64,000 nt of DNA from Octopus vulgaris (taxonomy: Eukaryota): assembly GCA_951406725.2 (NCBI GenBank), contig OX597820.1, positions 56,606,001-56,670,000 of the forward strand. The letters run 5' to 3'. Of the stretch, positions 42,078 to 54,733 are shown piece after piece. How positions within the stretch are numbered: position 1 is the stretch's first letter; each line of letters starts with the position of its first letter. Position numbers and translations under genes: made by a program. The notes below the pieces were generated by a model. It searched no databases, had not been told where the DNA came from, and saw only the letters and a list, made by a program, of their open reading frames with translations.

Positions 42078-43320
42078 TATTTTATTTATTTAAAGGTCAT
42101 AATACATGCATGAAAACGCTACTAATAGTTTCATATGTTGAGAAAACTCAAACATATTCTTCAGACACAAACAACATATCATAATGAACTAAAGAAATTG
42201 AATAATAGAAGAAACGCGGAAAAAACCGAGAAGGCAGCATATAGAAAATACAGATAGTAAACAACGGAAAACGAAAAACAGAAACTAAAATGTCCAAAAT
42301 AAAAAGGTAAAAGAACTATCCTCCTTACACCTTAAATGATAAGGCTGAAAAGATATCAAGTCAGTCAGGAATTGGCGGAATTTTCCACTTCTTCAAAATA
42401 TATTTATACATATGCATGCAGCTACTGGAAATTTCTGACCTGGAGTTCAATAGAGAGTTAGGGATCTTAGATCTGAACAGAATCTGCGCTCTTTCAGCCA
42501 AACAAACTCTACATTTATTTGATCCGTTCACATAGGTTATGGATTTCTCAATTATTTTTCATTTAAACACATGCGGTGTTTCGTTATCTTTCAAAGTCTA
42601 TACGTAGCTAGCCAACTTAGTAGCTTTACTTTTGTCCTTATGTCAGAAGGAGGCTATGTGGCTGGCTGACCAATTTTTAAATTCACCTTCACATAATCCA
42701 ATATAGGTCTTCTTATCAGTTGTATTATTATTTAGGGTTGTAGAAACTTCTGCCTCATATATGATAGAATTAGCAGTACATCGTTGGTCAAGTTGACAGT
42801 ATCCTGGGTCGCGACAGTTGCAACTGGATTCAGGTTCTTGATATTGACCATGTGTAATGATACTCTTCATATTGGGGCAGCAGCTGTATGATAATTTCAA
42901 AGAACGCCTATTAAATATTTTCCTGTATCTCTGAGTAGTTGGAAGGTGTTTGTCTAGGAGTGACAGGAATCTTTTACCGATGTTAGTTTTTATATTACGG
43001 TAAGAGCAAGGGGTGAACCAAATAATTTTCGTTGGCCTATTTTTAGGTTTCTTATTAACCTGATAAATACTAGAGTAATTAAGTACTACTTTATCTTCGA
43101 TACTACTATTGTTAATATTTTGCGTATTATTAGAAAGAATATATATTAATTTATCTATGAAGCCACTATTGGTAAGGTCCGTGTTACAATAGGGAGAAGC
43201 TGTGTTGAAAGTTTCTTTGGAAGAAGAGAGGTTAGACACTCTGTTACTAATATTAGCTATCAGGTTTTTAAATACTACAGGAAGGTGGCAAGATTGTTAT
43301 GGAAAGGTTTATACGAGATC
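42078..43320 (-). mobile_element. Penelope-like element, left arm of an inverted duplication (RT C-terminus, GIY-YIG, pLTR)
   Basis: ORF 42643-43239: IIWFTP...TNIGKRFL...KIFNR..LKLSYSC...CNCRDP..C...IIYEAEV...TYIGLCEGEFK. Reverse complement of 43411-43468 plus 46171-47320. Confidence 0.92.
42116..42168 (-). ncRNA. type I hammerhead-like motif in pLTR (left arm)
   Basis: gtgt-CTGAAGA-atatgtttgag tttt ctcaacatat-GAAA-ctattag-TA-gcgt; stem I is weak and GU-rich. Confidence 0.6.
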
Positions 43321-43468
43321 TCGTTAAAACCATTCCATAATCCTAATGAGAAACTCGTTTAAACCTTTCCATAAGCCTAGTGAGAAACTCGCATATATAC
43401 ATAGTCTTTTCACCTTCCTGTAGTATTTAAAAACCTGATAGCTCATATTAGTAACATAATCTCTAATC

Positions 43469-45812
43469 TGCTGGGTCTCAAAGGGTGTACCCCACGAAAT
43501 TCTAGGATCTAGGTAGATATTTGTGATGTAAAAAATGAATTTATAGTATATTATATCTTCACTTCAGCATTGAAATGTTCTTTACGACATATCATTATTG
43601 TTATGTTAAGAGCGGAAAGATATCCAGTAAGGAACAGCCGGTTGCCCGGAAGAAGGTCTTATACACGTTTTAAATTCGTTCAAACGAGTTTCGTACTGAT
43701 GAGCAAGAGCAGCTGCTCAAGACCGTCGCGGCTGCTTAAGGCCGCGTTGTAGTGTAGCAGTGACAGGAGTAGTGATAGGTTCTGCAAGTGGAAGTGTTAT
43801 GATAAATAGTGCAATGTTTTTGCGTGACATATTCCTGTCACTGATATATCTATCTGCCTATCTAAAACTTTATTACTTTATAGAATTTTAGTCTATTATA
43901 GTGCTACATTTGTTAAAAGTAAACGATAGGAAAAAGTTTCAGATAAATATACAATAATACACCCATACAAATGAATAAATTTCTAAAACAGAAACGTGAA
44001 TGCGATTCCGGAAGTGAACACAACAGAAACAGTTCCAGTAAGAGAGCCAAAGCGCGCCCTAATCGCAAATACGACGAATGTTATTTAGGATTTGGTTTCC
44101 ATAGGACAAGAAACATTTACTGCTATATTTTAAATGTATATTTAAAATGTCAAACGAATCATTGGTTCCTAGTAAACTAAGCAAGCATTTTAAAACCAAG
44201 TACTCTCATTTACAAAGTAAATCTATAAGTTATTTCGAAAGAGCAGATGATAGCAGGAAACTCTTTAGAAAGTATAACGACGATTTCTGAAAAAGTTCAA
44301 ATCGCTTCTTGCAAGGTTTCAGAACCGATAGCAACAGAATTTGAAAAGCTCATACTTTATGCGAGTCACTGATTCTGCCTGAGTGTAACAGGAAATGCCA
44401 AGAAAGCCCAAGTCTTAGCATTTATTCGTTTTATTGATGAAGATCAAATTGTAAATCAATTTCTTTTTTTGCAAAGAATTAAGTGCGACTACAAAGGACG
44501 AAGATGTTTTCAACATTTTGAATAATTACGTGTGCAAATGGCAAACATCTTGGAAGTCGTGTGTTGGCATTTGTACAGATGGAGCTTCATCAATGGTAGG
44601 CTGCGTTAAGGGCCTTACAGCCTTCGTAAAAAAGCAAAATGAAAATGTCATAACTCATTGCTTTCTTCATAGAGAAGCATTGATGGCAAAAACATTAGGA
44701 GACAAATTAAGAGAAGTTTTGAATCCAGCTGTTGAGATTGTAAATTATATAAAAACAAGACCAGTAAAGTCACGTTTATTCGAGCAGTTTTGTATCGATA
44801 GGGACTCACAACACAGACGCCTGCTTTTGCAAACAGTGGTGAGGTGGCTTTCAAAGGAGAAAGTACTTAATCTTGTATATGAGCTACGACAAGACCTATT
44901 GAAGTTATTTGAAGAAATAACTTTTGCGAGCTCCTTCGATGTAAATTTTAGATTAGCAGATCAATGTATTTGGTTGATATATTTCAACATTTTGAATACT
45001 ATCATGCAAGGAAATGAAGAAAATATTTTGACATCTACTGATAAAATGAAAGCATTTGAGAAAAAATACTGCTTGTCTGGAAGAAAAGAGCTTCTGAGGG
45101 TAATTTGGAAATGTTTCCTTTTAATATGCGAATTGCATAATTGATATCTTCCCTTTAATACTTGAAAATCTGACAAATTTGGAAGATAAATTAAATTATT
45201 ATTTTCTTTCACTTAACACTGAACAGTACGCTTGGATTCAAAATCTATTCATAAAAATTTCAGATGATGCTAGTTTAACATTAACCGAAAATGAAGAACT
45301 AGCAGCTATATCCACCATTATGGAATGAAGATTAGATATAAGGAATTTAGTCTTGAGAAATTTTGAATTCCAATCAGAGAAGAATACCAGTCTATATCCA
45401 AAACAGATTTAGCCAATTTACTGCCATTTTCAACACAATATTTATGCTAATTAGGATTTTCCACTTTCACCAACATCAAGTGCAAAAAGAGAACAAATCT
45501 TCAGTCTACTGACGAGGAAATGAGAGTTTGCTTATCATACATAACGTCTTAACATTGAAGAAATTGCCAAGACACGCAAAATAAATGAATAAAAGTATAC
45601 TCTTTTACCTGTTTCAGTCATTTGACTGCGGCCATGCTGGAGCACCGCCTTTAATCGAGCACATCGACCTCGGGACTTATTCCTTTGTAAGCCCAGTACT
45701 TATTCTATCGGTCTCTTTTGCCGAACCGCTAAGTAACGGGAACATAAACACACAAGCATCGGTTGTCAAGCAATGCTAGGGGGACAAACACAGACACACA
45801 CACACACACACG

Positions 45813-45864
<52 letters not shown>

Positions 45865-46170
45865 TACGACGGGCCTCTTTCAGTTTCCGTCTACCAAATC
45901 CACTCACAAGGCTTTGGTCGGCCCGAGGCTATAGTAGAAGACACTTGCCCAAGGTGCCACGGAGTGGGACTGAACCCGGAACCATGTGGTTGGTAAACAA
46001 GCTACTTACCACACAGCCACTCCTGCGCCTATGTATATACACTTTTTTCAGTTATTTCTATATTTCCTTACATTTTGCATTATATTTCTTAGCATTTTGT
46101 GTCTAGTGTGCTCGCAATATTTTGTAAGGGTTCAAGTGTTCTACGACCTCTAAAAGTTTGAGAACTACTG
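43469..46170 (+). mobile_element. hAT transposon, Buster/Charlie type, decayed, inserted into the PLE right arm
   Basis: RKYDECYLGFGF, CVGICTDGASSMVG, THCFLHREAL, VRWLS and LPFSTQYLC*LGFS motifs. Right TIR tttgagaactactg, degenerate left TIR; 8-bp nnnTAnnn TSD ctctaatc (43461-43468) / gtctaacc (46171-46178). Confidence 0.9.
45599..46029 (-). mobile_element. full-length SINE family A nested in the hAT 3' region
   Basis: Complete head and tail; hAT subterminal sequence resumes after 46030. Confidence 0.92.
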
Positions 46171-47375
46171 GTCTAACCTCTCTTTTTCCAAAGCTTCTCC
46201 CTATTGTAACCAGGATCTAGCCAATAGTGGATTCAAAGATAAATTAATATATATTCTTTCTAATAACACGCAAAATATTAACAATAGACCTAGTAGTATC
46301 GAAGATAAAGTAGTACTTAATTACTCTAATATCAGGTTAATAAGAAACCTAAAAATAGGCCAACGAAAATTATTTGGTTCACCCCGTCCCTCTTCCCGTA
46401 ATATAAAAACTAACATCGGTAAAAGATTCCTGTCTCTCCTAGACAAACACCTCCAAGCTACTCACAGATACAGGAAAATATTTAATAGGCGTTCTTTGAA
46501 ATTATCATACAGCTGCTGTCCCAATATGAAGACTATCATTACATGTGGTCAATATCAAGAACCTGAATCCAGTTGCAACTGTCGCGACCCAGTATCCTGT
46601 CCACTTGACCAACGGTGTACTGCTAATTCTATCATAAATGAGGTAGATGTTTCTACAACCCTAAATAATAATACAACTGATAAGAGGACCTATATTGGAT
46701 TATGTGAAGGTGAATTTAAAAATCGCTCTGCCAGCCACATAGCCTCCTTCTGACATAGGAACAAAAGTAAAGCTTCTAAGTTGGCTAGCTACGTATAGAC
46801 CTTGAAAGATAACGAAACAGTGCATGTGATTGAATGGAAAATAATTGAGAAAGCCATACCTTATGTGAACGGATTGAATAAATGTAGAGTTTGTTTGGCT
46901 GAAAGAGCGCAGATTCTGTTCAGATCTAAGATCCTTAACTCTCTATTAAACTCCAGGTCAGAAATTTCCAGTAGCTACATGCATATGCATAAATATATTT
47001 TGAAGAATTGGAAAATTCCGACAATTCCTGACTGATTTGATTTCTTTTCAGCCTTATCATTTAAGATGTAAGGAGAATAGTTCTTTTACCTTTTTATTTT
47101 GGACATTTTAGTTTCTGTTTTTCGTTTTCCGTTGTTTACTGTCTGCATTTTCTATATGCTGTCTTCTCAGTTTTTTTCCGCGTTTCTTCTATTATTCAAT
47201 TTTTTAGTTCATTATGATATGTTGTTTGTGTCTGAAGAATATGTTTGAGTTTTCTCAACATATGAAACTATTAGTAGCGCTCTAATAAATGTATTGTGCC
47301 CTTTATATAAATAATATTTATCTCTCACCAGATGGAGCAATTTTTGGTGAATTTTCTATCACGGCTCAGTACATT

Positions 47376-47376
<1 letters not shown>
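46171..47376 (+). mobile_element. Penelope-like element, right arm (continues 43330-43468)
   Basis: ORFs 46496-46753 and 46802-47035 (GIY-YIG: TYIGLCEGEFKNR...IEWKII...CRVCLAE...LLNSRSEI). Confidence 0.92.
47228..47280 (+). ncRNA. type I hammerhead-like motif in pLTR (right arm)
   Basis: gtgt-CTGAAGA-10-bp stem II with one bulge-GAAA-ctattag-TA-gcgc. Confidence 0.65.
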
Positions 47377-47416
<40 letters not shown>

Positions 47417-47540
47417 TAAAAGGAATTCCAGCCTTGTCTGATTTTCACGTTTTATTTACAATCTTATAATGATATAATATAAGATAACATAATATAATAA
47501 AATAAAATAAAATAATAGAATGTTAAATGTTCATTCTGAT

Positions 47541-47585
47541 TGAACTAGTACTTTCATGCATTAAATTCTGCAATCTTCAGGTTCA
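47541..47585 (-). ncRNA. minimal type I hammerhead ribozyme motif
   Basis: tgaac-CTGAAGA-t tgca gaatttaa tgca t-GAAA-gtac-TA-gttca: perfect 5-bp stem I and palindromic stem III. Confidence 0.85.
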
Positions 47586-48009
47586 TGTAGTAGTGGTGAC
47601 AGTCATGCTTCACAATTCTTGACTGTAGCGAGATGATTAAATCTGTGCCTTAAATACAGCTGTGTAGGCTCCAGATTGCTAGTTTTTGCAAACTGTATTC
47701 TGACCAATCAGTGTGTAGTATCACTCAATTATTTAAGCTGATTGGTTTGTTGAGCTGATTGGTTTAGGCGTCACGCTTTATTGAACATGTCATGAGTCCT
47801 TTATCTTAACCCTGGCCGAGGCAGCAATTGTTGGGCTATTTTTAGAAATGTTGTAAATAGCCTTTGTCAGAGATTTTTATATTTTTATATTTCAATTGTC
47901 ATCATCATCATTGTCAGCGCCTTAATTATTGTTGCTAGTGGTGATGGTGGTGACAATAGAACATTTAACCCTAAATAAGATAAAATTTCCTGCTATCTAA
48001 GTATTATTA

Positions 48010-49440
48010 TTATTGCTTATTTAGCTTGGGTTCAAATTTATCAATAAAATTCTTTTCTCTGATTTTCCTCTCGATTTCACTTGGGCTGTGTAATTTGTAG
48101 AATGGAAATATTATATATATTTTCCGACCACATGTTGCTAGGTGGTTACTCAAAGGTATCTGACGGACCTCTGGGTCTCTAATCTGTTGTCGGTGTACAC
48201 GTGAGCGTTCTGATAGTGCATTTCCCGTCTGACCTACATATATTTCTTCACAATTTGGGCATTTGATGCAGTAAATTAAATTTCTGATTTTGCAGTTCAT
48301 ATTCGCGTTTGTGAATATTTTCCCGGTTTTTGTGTTTATATATTGGCCGATATGTATGAATTGGCATGTGCCACAACGGCTATCATTGCATTTAGATACA
48401 GTGAATGTTTGGTCTTTGTTGATAAGGTCAAATTTTGCCTTTGTTAGTAATTTTTTCAAGTTTTTAGGCTGTCTTTTACCAAGAACCATAGCTCGATCCG
48501 TGATTATGTCTTTTAATTCATTACTTTGAGCAATGATTGGTAGGTTTGCTTTGGCAATGTTGAAGATATTCTGGTGACATGGGTTGTGTGTCACTATGAA
48601 TGGTATGACTTGTTCTTGTTTTCCTCTTCCTTGGGTTGTCCTAAGTTGTTGTATGAGTATTTTTATAGCCCGCTGTATGTCATTTTCTATAAGTAGAGAT
48701 GGGTATTTTTGTTTGAGCAAAAATTCTCTTAGTTCTGTTAGGCGTTTGTTCCTGATATTTGCATCTTCTATAATGGTACAAATTTTTCTGGCTAGGCAGT
48801 ATGGAATGTTGCGTTTTGTATGTGGTGGATGGCACGACTTAAAATTTAGGTATTGCTGTGTGTCTGTGTGTTTATAGTACATATCTGTGGTGATGGTGGT
48901 GTCTTTTTTTATTACCATTATATCTAGGAATGGTAATTTGGTACTACTCAACTCCTTTGTAAATTGGAGAGATGGGTGTAGGTTGTTCAGGAGGATATTG
49001 AACTCTTCCAGAGTATTTAGAGATTTTGTCCAGATTATGAAGCAGTCAATATACTTTCTAAATCCAGTGCCATAGTTTACCTCCACCTCTTGGTAGAGTT
49101 GTTGTTCTAAGTATCCCATTACAGAGTTGGCGTAAACGGGAGCAAACCTCGTTCCCATCGTCGTGCCTCTAATTTGGATGTAATTCTTTCCATTGAAGAA
49201 GAATGTGTTGTTTTCTAGAATAAGTTTGACTGTGTCTAATATAAATGGCACTGTGAATCTGCTGGGAGTCACTTCTCTATGTTTTTCTAACCAGTATTTA
49301 ATCGCCTTTATTCCTAAATCGTGTGGAATATTGGTGTAGAGGCTTATCACATCAAAACGTAGTAAAACTGAATTTGTTTCTGTTGTTTTGGGAAGATGGG
49401 ACAGGAAGTCGATGTCATCCCTGATGAAACTGGGTATGTA
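48010..49440 (-). pseudogene. PLE reverse transcriptase + GIY-YIG endonuclease, open but truncated and catalytically damaged
   Basis: FDVISLYTNIP, QIRGTTMGTRFAPVYAN, LPFLDI, HPPHTK, CNDSRCGTC, LIYCIKC..C...YVGQT. The YxDD region reads RKYIDCF. The N-terminal ~66 aa of the 543-aa ORF come from an unrelated adjacent repeat. Confidence 0.9.
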
Positions 49441-49547
49441 AGTATATATATATAAAGTTAATCCAAACATGAAAACACAAAGAGAAAACACAACAACGCG
49501 AGGACGTGGAACTATTGGACGCTCAGGAAGGAAGGGAAGAAAGAGGA

Positions 49548-49580
49548 TTTTACGTTTCGAGCGGAGCTCTTCGTCAGAAA
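49548..49580 (-). ncRNA. ultra-minimal hammerhead-like motif in a short pLTR fragment (about 49455-49632)
   Basis: ttt-CTGACGA-a gagc tcc gctc-GAAA-cg-TA-aaa; same architecture as the degenerate motifs at about 31510-31543 and 32337-32372. Confidence 0.55.
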
Positions 49581-49743
49581 CATAGGAAAAGAAAAGATCC
49601 AGAGAAGGGAAGACGGAGGGAAAAAATCGCCAAATGTACACACGCGGTCATACACATATAAGTTCAGGATTCGAGTGGGAAACTAGCCATGGAATCACGA
49701 AGTTGCACATAATGTTGATTTTTGGAATGTTTAATTCGTGTAT

Positions 49744-49832
49744 ATTCACCTGATGAAAACAGTTATTTTTTCGCATGATGTAAAACATCTCTTCATCAAT
49801 AAAAAAACACGTTTGAAACAGCTGTAGTGAAT
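49744..49832 (+). ncRNA. type I hammerhead ribozyme motif with extended stem II, in a short repeat (about 49660-49860)
   Basis: attcac-CTGATGA-aaac...gttt-GAAA-cagctg-TA-gtgaat: perfect 6-bp stem I and palindromic stem III. Confidence 0.85.
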
Positions 49833-50679
49833 GAACAAATTTCCATCTATTGCTATCTGTTTATATATATATATATATATATTCGAATTTTCTAATTATG
49901 CAATAGAAATGGTTCTAGATTAAAATCGTTACTTACATGACATTCTTAACATATGTATATCGTTGTAAAGTCAGCGATTGCAATGGTCATCATGTGAGAG
50001 ATCCCTTTATAGACGTTGTGTGCTAAAAGCGCTATATACCTCAGAGTTATTAGAAAAGAAATGGTTCCGGGCGCAACTGCGTGGGTAACAGATGCATATT
50101 TCGTCGTTTTGTGGATTGCCAACGCGAGGCACTCGAATCTCTTACGACACGAAATCACTTCGGCCAGTTTGAATTATATAGTCAGTGAATAAACAACTAA
50201 CTAATCTTGCAATGGAGCAACTAAGCTGAATAAACCACGAATTACGTAGCAGAAACATTTAGATTACAATCTTTATCTATATATCATACTTAGCTTATGT
50301 ATATCACTGAATAGTCAGAGGCTCCGGTGGTCATCGCGGGAAAGTTCCCTTTATTGATATTGCAGCCAATTACTTCATATATATATATTGGATGAGTAAC
50401 CGGCATGGGCAAAATTTATAGTAGGTAAAATTGAGAGCACTTCTAAAATATACACCACAACTATTCCTTTTGGAGTTAGAACTGCTTATAGAAAGAAGAG
50501 AAAACAATGCTTAGTAAAATACACTTTGTTGCAAAGGCAAAGGTGTGTTTGTATGTACGTATACATACATACATACATACATACATACATACATACATAC
50601 ATACATACATACATACATAAATACTTACATACATATGTATACATACATACATATGTCTGTGTGTTTGTATTTGTTCGTC

Positions 50680-50727
<48 letters not shown>

Positions 50728-53700
50728 CATGAGTATGTTGTTTTGTATATGAACAAAAAAGCTACTAAAAACTGCGTCAAATATAAAAAATGGTTGCATT
50801 TATCGTCTGTTTTACTTTATAGGTTCGTAGTGTGTTTACTTCATTTGCGCACCTAATAACTTTGAGAAGGGCATGCGTCACAATATCCTTCCTTCTAAAA
50901 TATATTTGAATGAATGACTTAGCAGAATCTGCAGAGTACAAGTCTTGATACTTCACAATATTTAATTTCGTTCCCTACACTTGGAATACCGTCCTGTTGG
51001 AGGTTGATATGACTTTGCAATTCTGTACTCTTGAGCCAAAATATCATCACTTGTGTGATCACAAGCAAGCCCTGATCTAGTAGATCTATAATCGAAGTTA
51101 TTCAGTCTATAACTATACTTTACAGGCGATAGACTACATTATTCCATTGATGCTATCTATTTTTCAAGAGAATAGGATGTAAATTGTGAGAAATTTGGCT
51201 GTTATTTCTAGCAGTTCGAACGACAAATCAGCATAATTACTCCTTATGATCGAATACATACCAGTAATACACTGATGTAAATTCTTTCGATTATATTCCT
51301 TCGATGCAATGTTTCCTCTTCAAAGGAAAACATGACAAAGATGTAAGAAAAGGAATAATATTGTTTTCCGAATGTAACCTCCATAGGATTTGCGATATTC
51401 AAAGAGAATATCATACAAGATTGCTCGCCATAATGGGTAAAATTTCGATGTTGTAGAATATCATCAGGTCTTCATGACTTGTGCAGTTTTATGCTAAAGA
51501 AGAAGCATTCTTCCTTTGATTTTATTTTATCAAAGATATATATATATTTCTTTGACCTTAGCATAAAGCTAATTGAATTGACTCAAGTATATTACTGGCA
51601 TTTATTTATAATCTCCAAAGGGAATGCGTTAACAAGGATATATTGATTCCTATACAGCCAGAAAGGTTCAGATTACAGTGGAAGTGAAAATGATATTGCG
51701 TTGCTGCATTGCCCTTTTCCCATGGACATTAGCGGCTTACGTCAATTGAAATAGTCACACTCGCCTAGTTTCTGATTACAGCGAGCCTATAATTTGTTCT
51801 ATAGCTTTCGTTATTTATTATAGCACGGAACCTCCACATGTCTTTTTCTCTATAAAAGTAAAACTTCTCGGAATCAAAATGATTTGGAGAATTTGTAGTT
51901 AACTTCAGTTTTTGGCACCGTTAAGCAGATAAAAGGCTAAATATATATTGGGATAGGTCATTAATTTGCTCTGACGATGCTTGCTTCCTTTTGAGGAATT
52001 TGAACTAAAATATGTTGATCGTAGAAACACTCATCAATTTCTCATCGCAGGCTTAATACAACCATCTTGTCCTTAGGTTTCGTTAGTAGATCCCTTTCTG
52101 ACCATTGCAAGCATCTGGACTAAAATTCAGTTCTGAGGATAAATTCCTCTCCTCATCCCACGAAAAAGTTATGGGCACTGTCTTTCCATTTCTATCTAAG
52201 CCATAAAGAAGTAATACCATTGCTTACAGTAGTGGATTATACCACCGGTATTTCTAAATTAGAGCTAGGTGTATCGAAATCGAAATGTTTTTCAATATGG
52301 ATACAGCTGGTTTGAGGAGTCAGTTCACAAAGTGCTTATTTATTTATTGTCCTGCAGAATTCCTTTTATCATATTATGTATTGGTCTCTTTTAACTACAC
52401 AGAGGTGAGATATTAGATTATCCTACACAGAGAAGGTGAGATATTAGATTATTCATTCCTTTTCCAAGATAACTAAAGTGGCTTTAAGCGAGAACGGAAA
52501 CTGAATAATTGCGGTAGATTTGCTAGAGTGCCGTACAAAGTAACTTGCGGTGTTTAGTTTCGTTTCTTCGAGTTCAAATATTACGGAGGTCAACTTTACC
52601 CTTCATTCTTTCAGGGTCAATCAAATAAGTAACAAAGTATTGTGTTCGATGTGATCAACTATACCTCAAAAGTCTGGGCTTGTAACTTACTTAGAAATCA
52701 ACATTATTTTTTTTATATTTCTTCATTGAAAAGTACAGAAACGATTAAATGCTACTAATATGCGAATAAAGCTCACAAATATTTAATTATCCTCGTTTTT
52801 GGCAAATCTTTTAGCCAAGATTATATTTAGCCATATAAAATGCCAAGAAATTACTAAATGCCGTGAAATAAAAGGAGACCTAACGATTACTATTACGTTA
52901 AGTGTGGAACTATTGTCGATAAAAGTAATAAAAGCAATTTCATTTTCACACTATTTCGCAATCAATTTCCGATTACAGTTTTCACTTGAGTTAAAATCAT
53001 ATTTTTGAGAGGAAATGTCGAAAAGATGCTGGTCATACAATCTGAAAAGTTCGACGGTTCGTATTTCGTCTCTATATTTTCCACTCTCTATATCGACCAC
53101 CCCTATAGTAATGTACCTCTTTAAGTGTTTATTGAAGTAGTTAGGAAAACTGAGAAGCTGTTTTTTTTTTAAATAGCTTCTGGTGAGAAATCTCATTCAT
53201 TATGACATATTCATTGCGAGCTGTAGCTGTCTTAGATTATAAGGAGGCCGACTTTTGACCATCGGACGCGTGACTTACTCCTCGTTACTGGCACTGTGTT
53301 GCATTCTTGGACAATTCAATTAACATTCGCAGTTATTTTTCATCTTAGCTTGCACCTAGCTCTAAATTAAATCTGTCTTAAAGAAATGAAATCTATTGCA
53401 AGCAGCGGGGAAAATTGTCACTTTGCTGAAGGTTGGGTTTCCGATTTCGACGTTGTTTTCCAGAGGGAATGATGCGAAGAATCAAGCAAATGAGCTTGCT
53501 TAATCGAAAATCGAAACTACAGTGGCTTAGTAGGAGTTTGGTATCACTTCTTTATAGCACAAAGCAGCACTATGTAATTGATTAATGTGCAGCTATTTTA
53601 CGCTAAGTTTACATAGCCTCAGTGTGAAGTTAAAGTATCACCAGTTTCATACTCCAGAGATTAGAGTACCCGAGGACGAAGTAGTGTTTCTGTTACCTAG

Positions 53701-54670
53701 GCACAATGAAAATCATCACAATTAGTTATTGTTTCAGTTCCCATAGCTAAGATAAATATCGACATAATGATCAATGGTTGAAACTCTGTTACTGTGGTTT
53801 CGAGATCGCATTCTTTCAGAACGAGTCATCCAATGTATTCGCTTCTGGGTAAAGCTGTAGAGTTACATACAATGTGTTGCATTAGTATCTCATTTTTCGG
53901 TGAACTAAAGTTGTTCTTAAACTGGGCAGGAAGATGAGTCAGTATATTGGATGACCAAATCACAAGCCGTCAATTCATATCTGGCGTAGGTTTTCGTGTG
54001 TCTTTGAGTAGAACGTCAATTGTATTCTTATTACATCAAAGGAGTTAAATATCAGGAATTCGTGGTAGGCTTTTGTTGAAAAAAAAAAATGTACGATAGC
54101 TAAGATTACTGAAGAAAAGATTTTGTAACAAAGGACAATTCAGCAGGCACATAAAAGACTCGAGAATATCGAAGAAATCCTCTACCGAAAAATATCAAAG
54201 AGGATTGACTTAAGCAACACTGAAAAAGAGAAACTAAAACACACGAGGATAGATACCAAGTCCTGCAATTCACTTTCAGTCATCGAACTTAAGATTTCTT
54301 TAGAAAATTAAGCTTCGCCAATTTCACACCAGGTTGAGAAACAGAAGATGAAGGGTGTCAAATTATCAGCGTACCACTAATCAATACAGCATTGAAAGCT
54401 ATCTCGAATAGTAATGGAAATAATGCATACATGAGTTTCGTATGGTTTAGTTGCGAGTTTCATGGCTGGGCTACTATTGAAGAAAATTTTACTATTGTCG
54501 TAACACATGTAGGAGGTGGACAATAGGTTCGACTCTGAAACAGATAACTCAAAGAAGTAATTGCATTATGAACCTAATCAAAACCGAAACGGCACAGAGG
54601 AAGCACGCACGTAATCTATCTGTCTCGTGAAACAGTGGCGACATCGTGTTCAGAACTCGCCACAGCTCTT

Positions 54671-54733
<63 letters not shown>

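Larger units (their letters stand above)
47410..49440 (-). mobile_element. Penelope-like element (Neptune-like Cys linker), 5'-truncated
   Basis: RT plus GIY-YIG ORF, then a 3' UTR/pLTR with CCAAT boxes and a hammerhead motif; bounded by (TA)n. Confidence 0.92.

Noticed and set aside
43696-43720. CTGATGA followed by a gagc/gctc hairpin in the hAT 5' region
   Set aside because: No GAAA or stem III follows.
49441-49641. N-terminal extension of the 543-aa ORF as a genuine start
   Set aside because: It runs through a TA tract and an unrelated pLTR fragment, so it is a chance in-frame fusion.
51438-51472. Minus-strand ctgatga...gaaa motif
   Set aside because: No stem I, II or III pairing.
51900-52250. 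Possible Tc1/mariner relic (WDRSLICSDD.., HEKVMGTVF)
   Set aside because: Too degraded; no TIRs or coherent frame.
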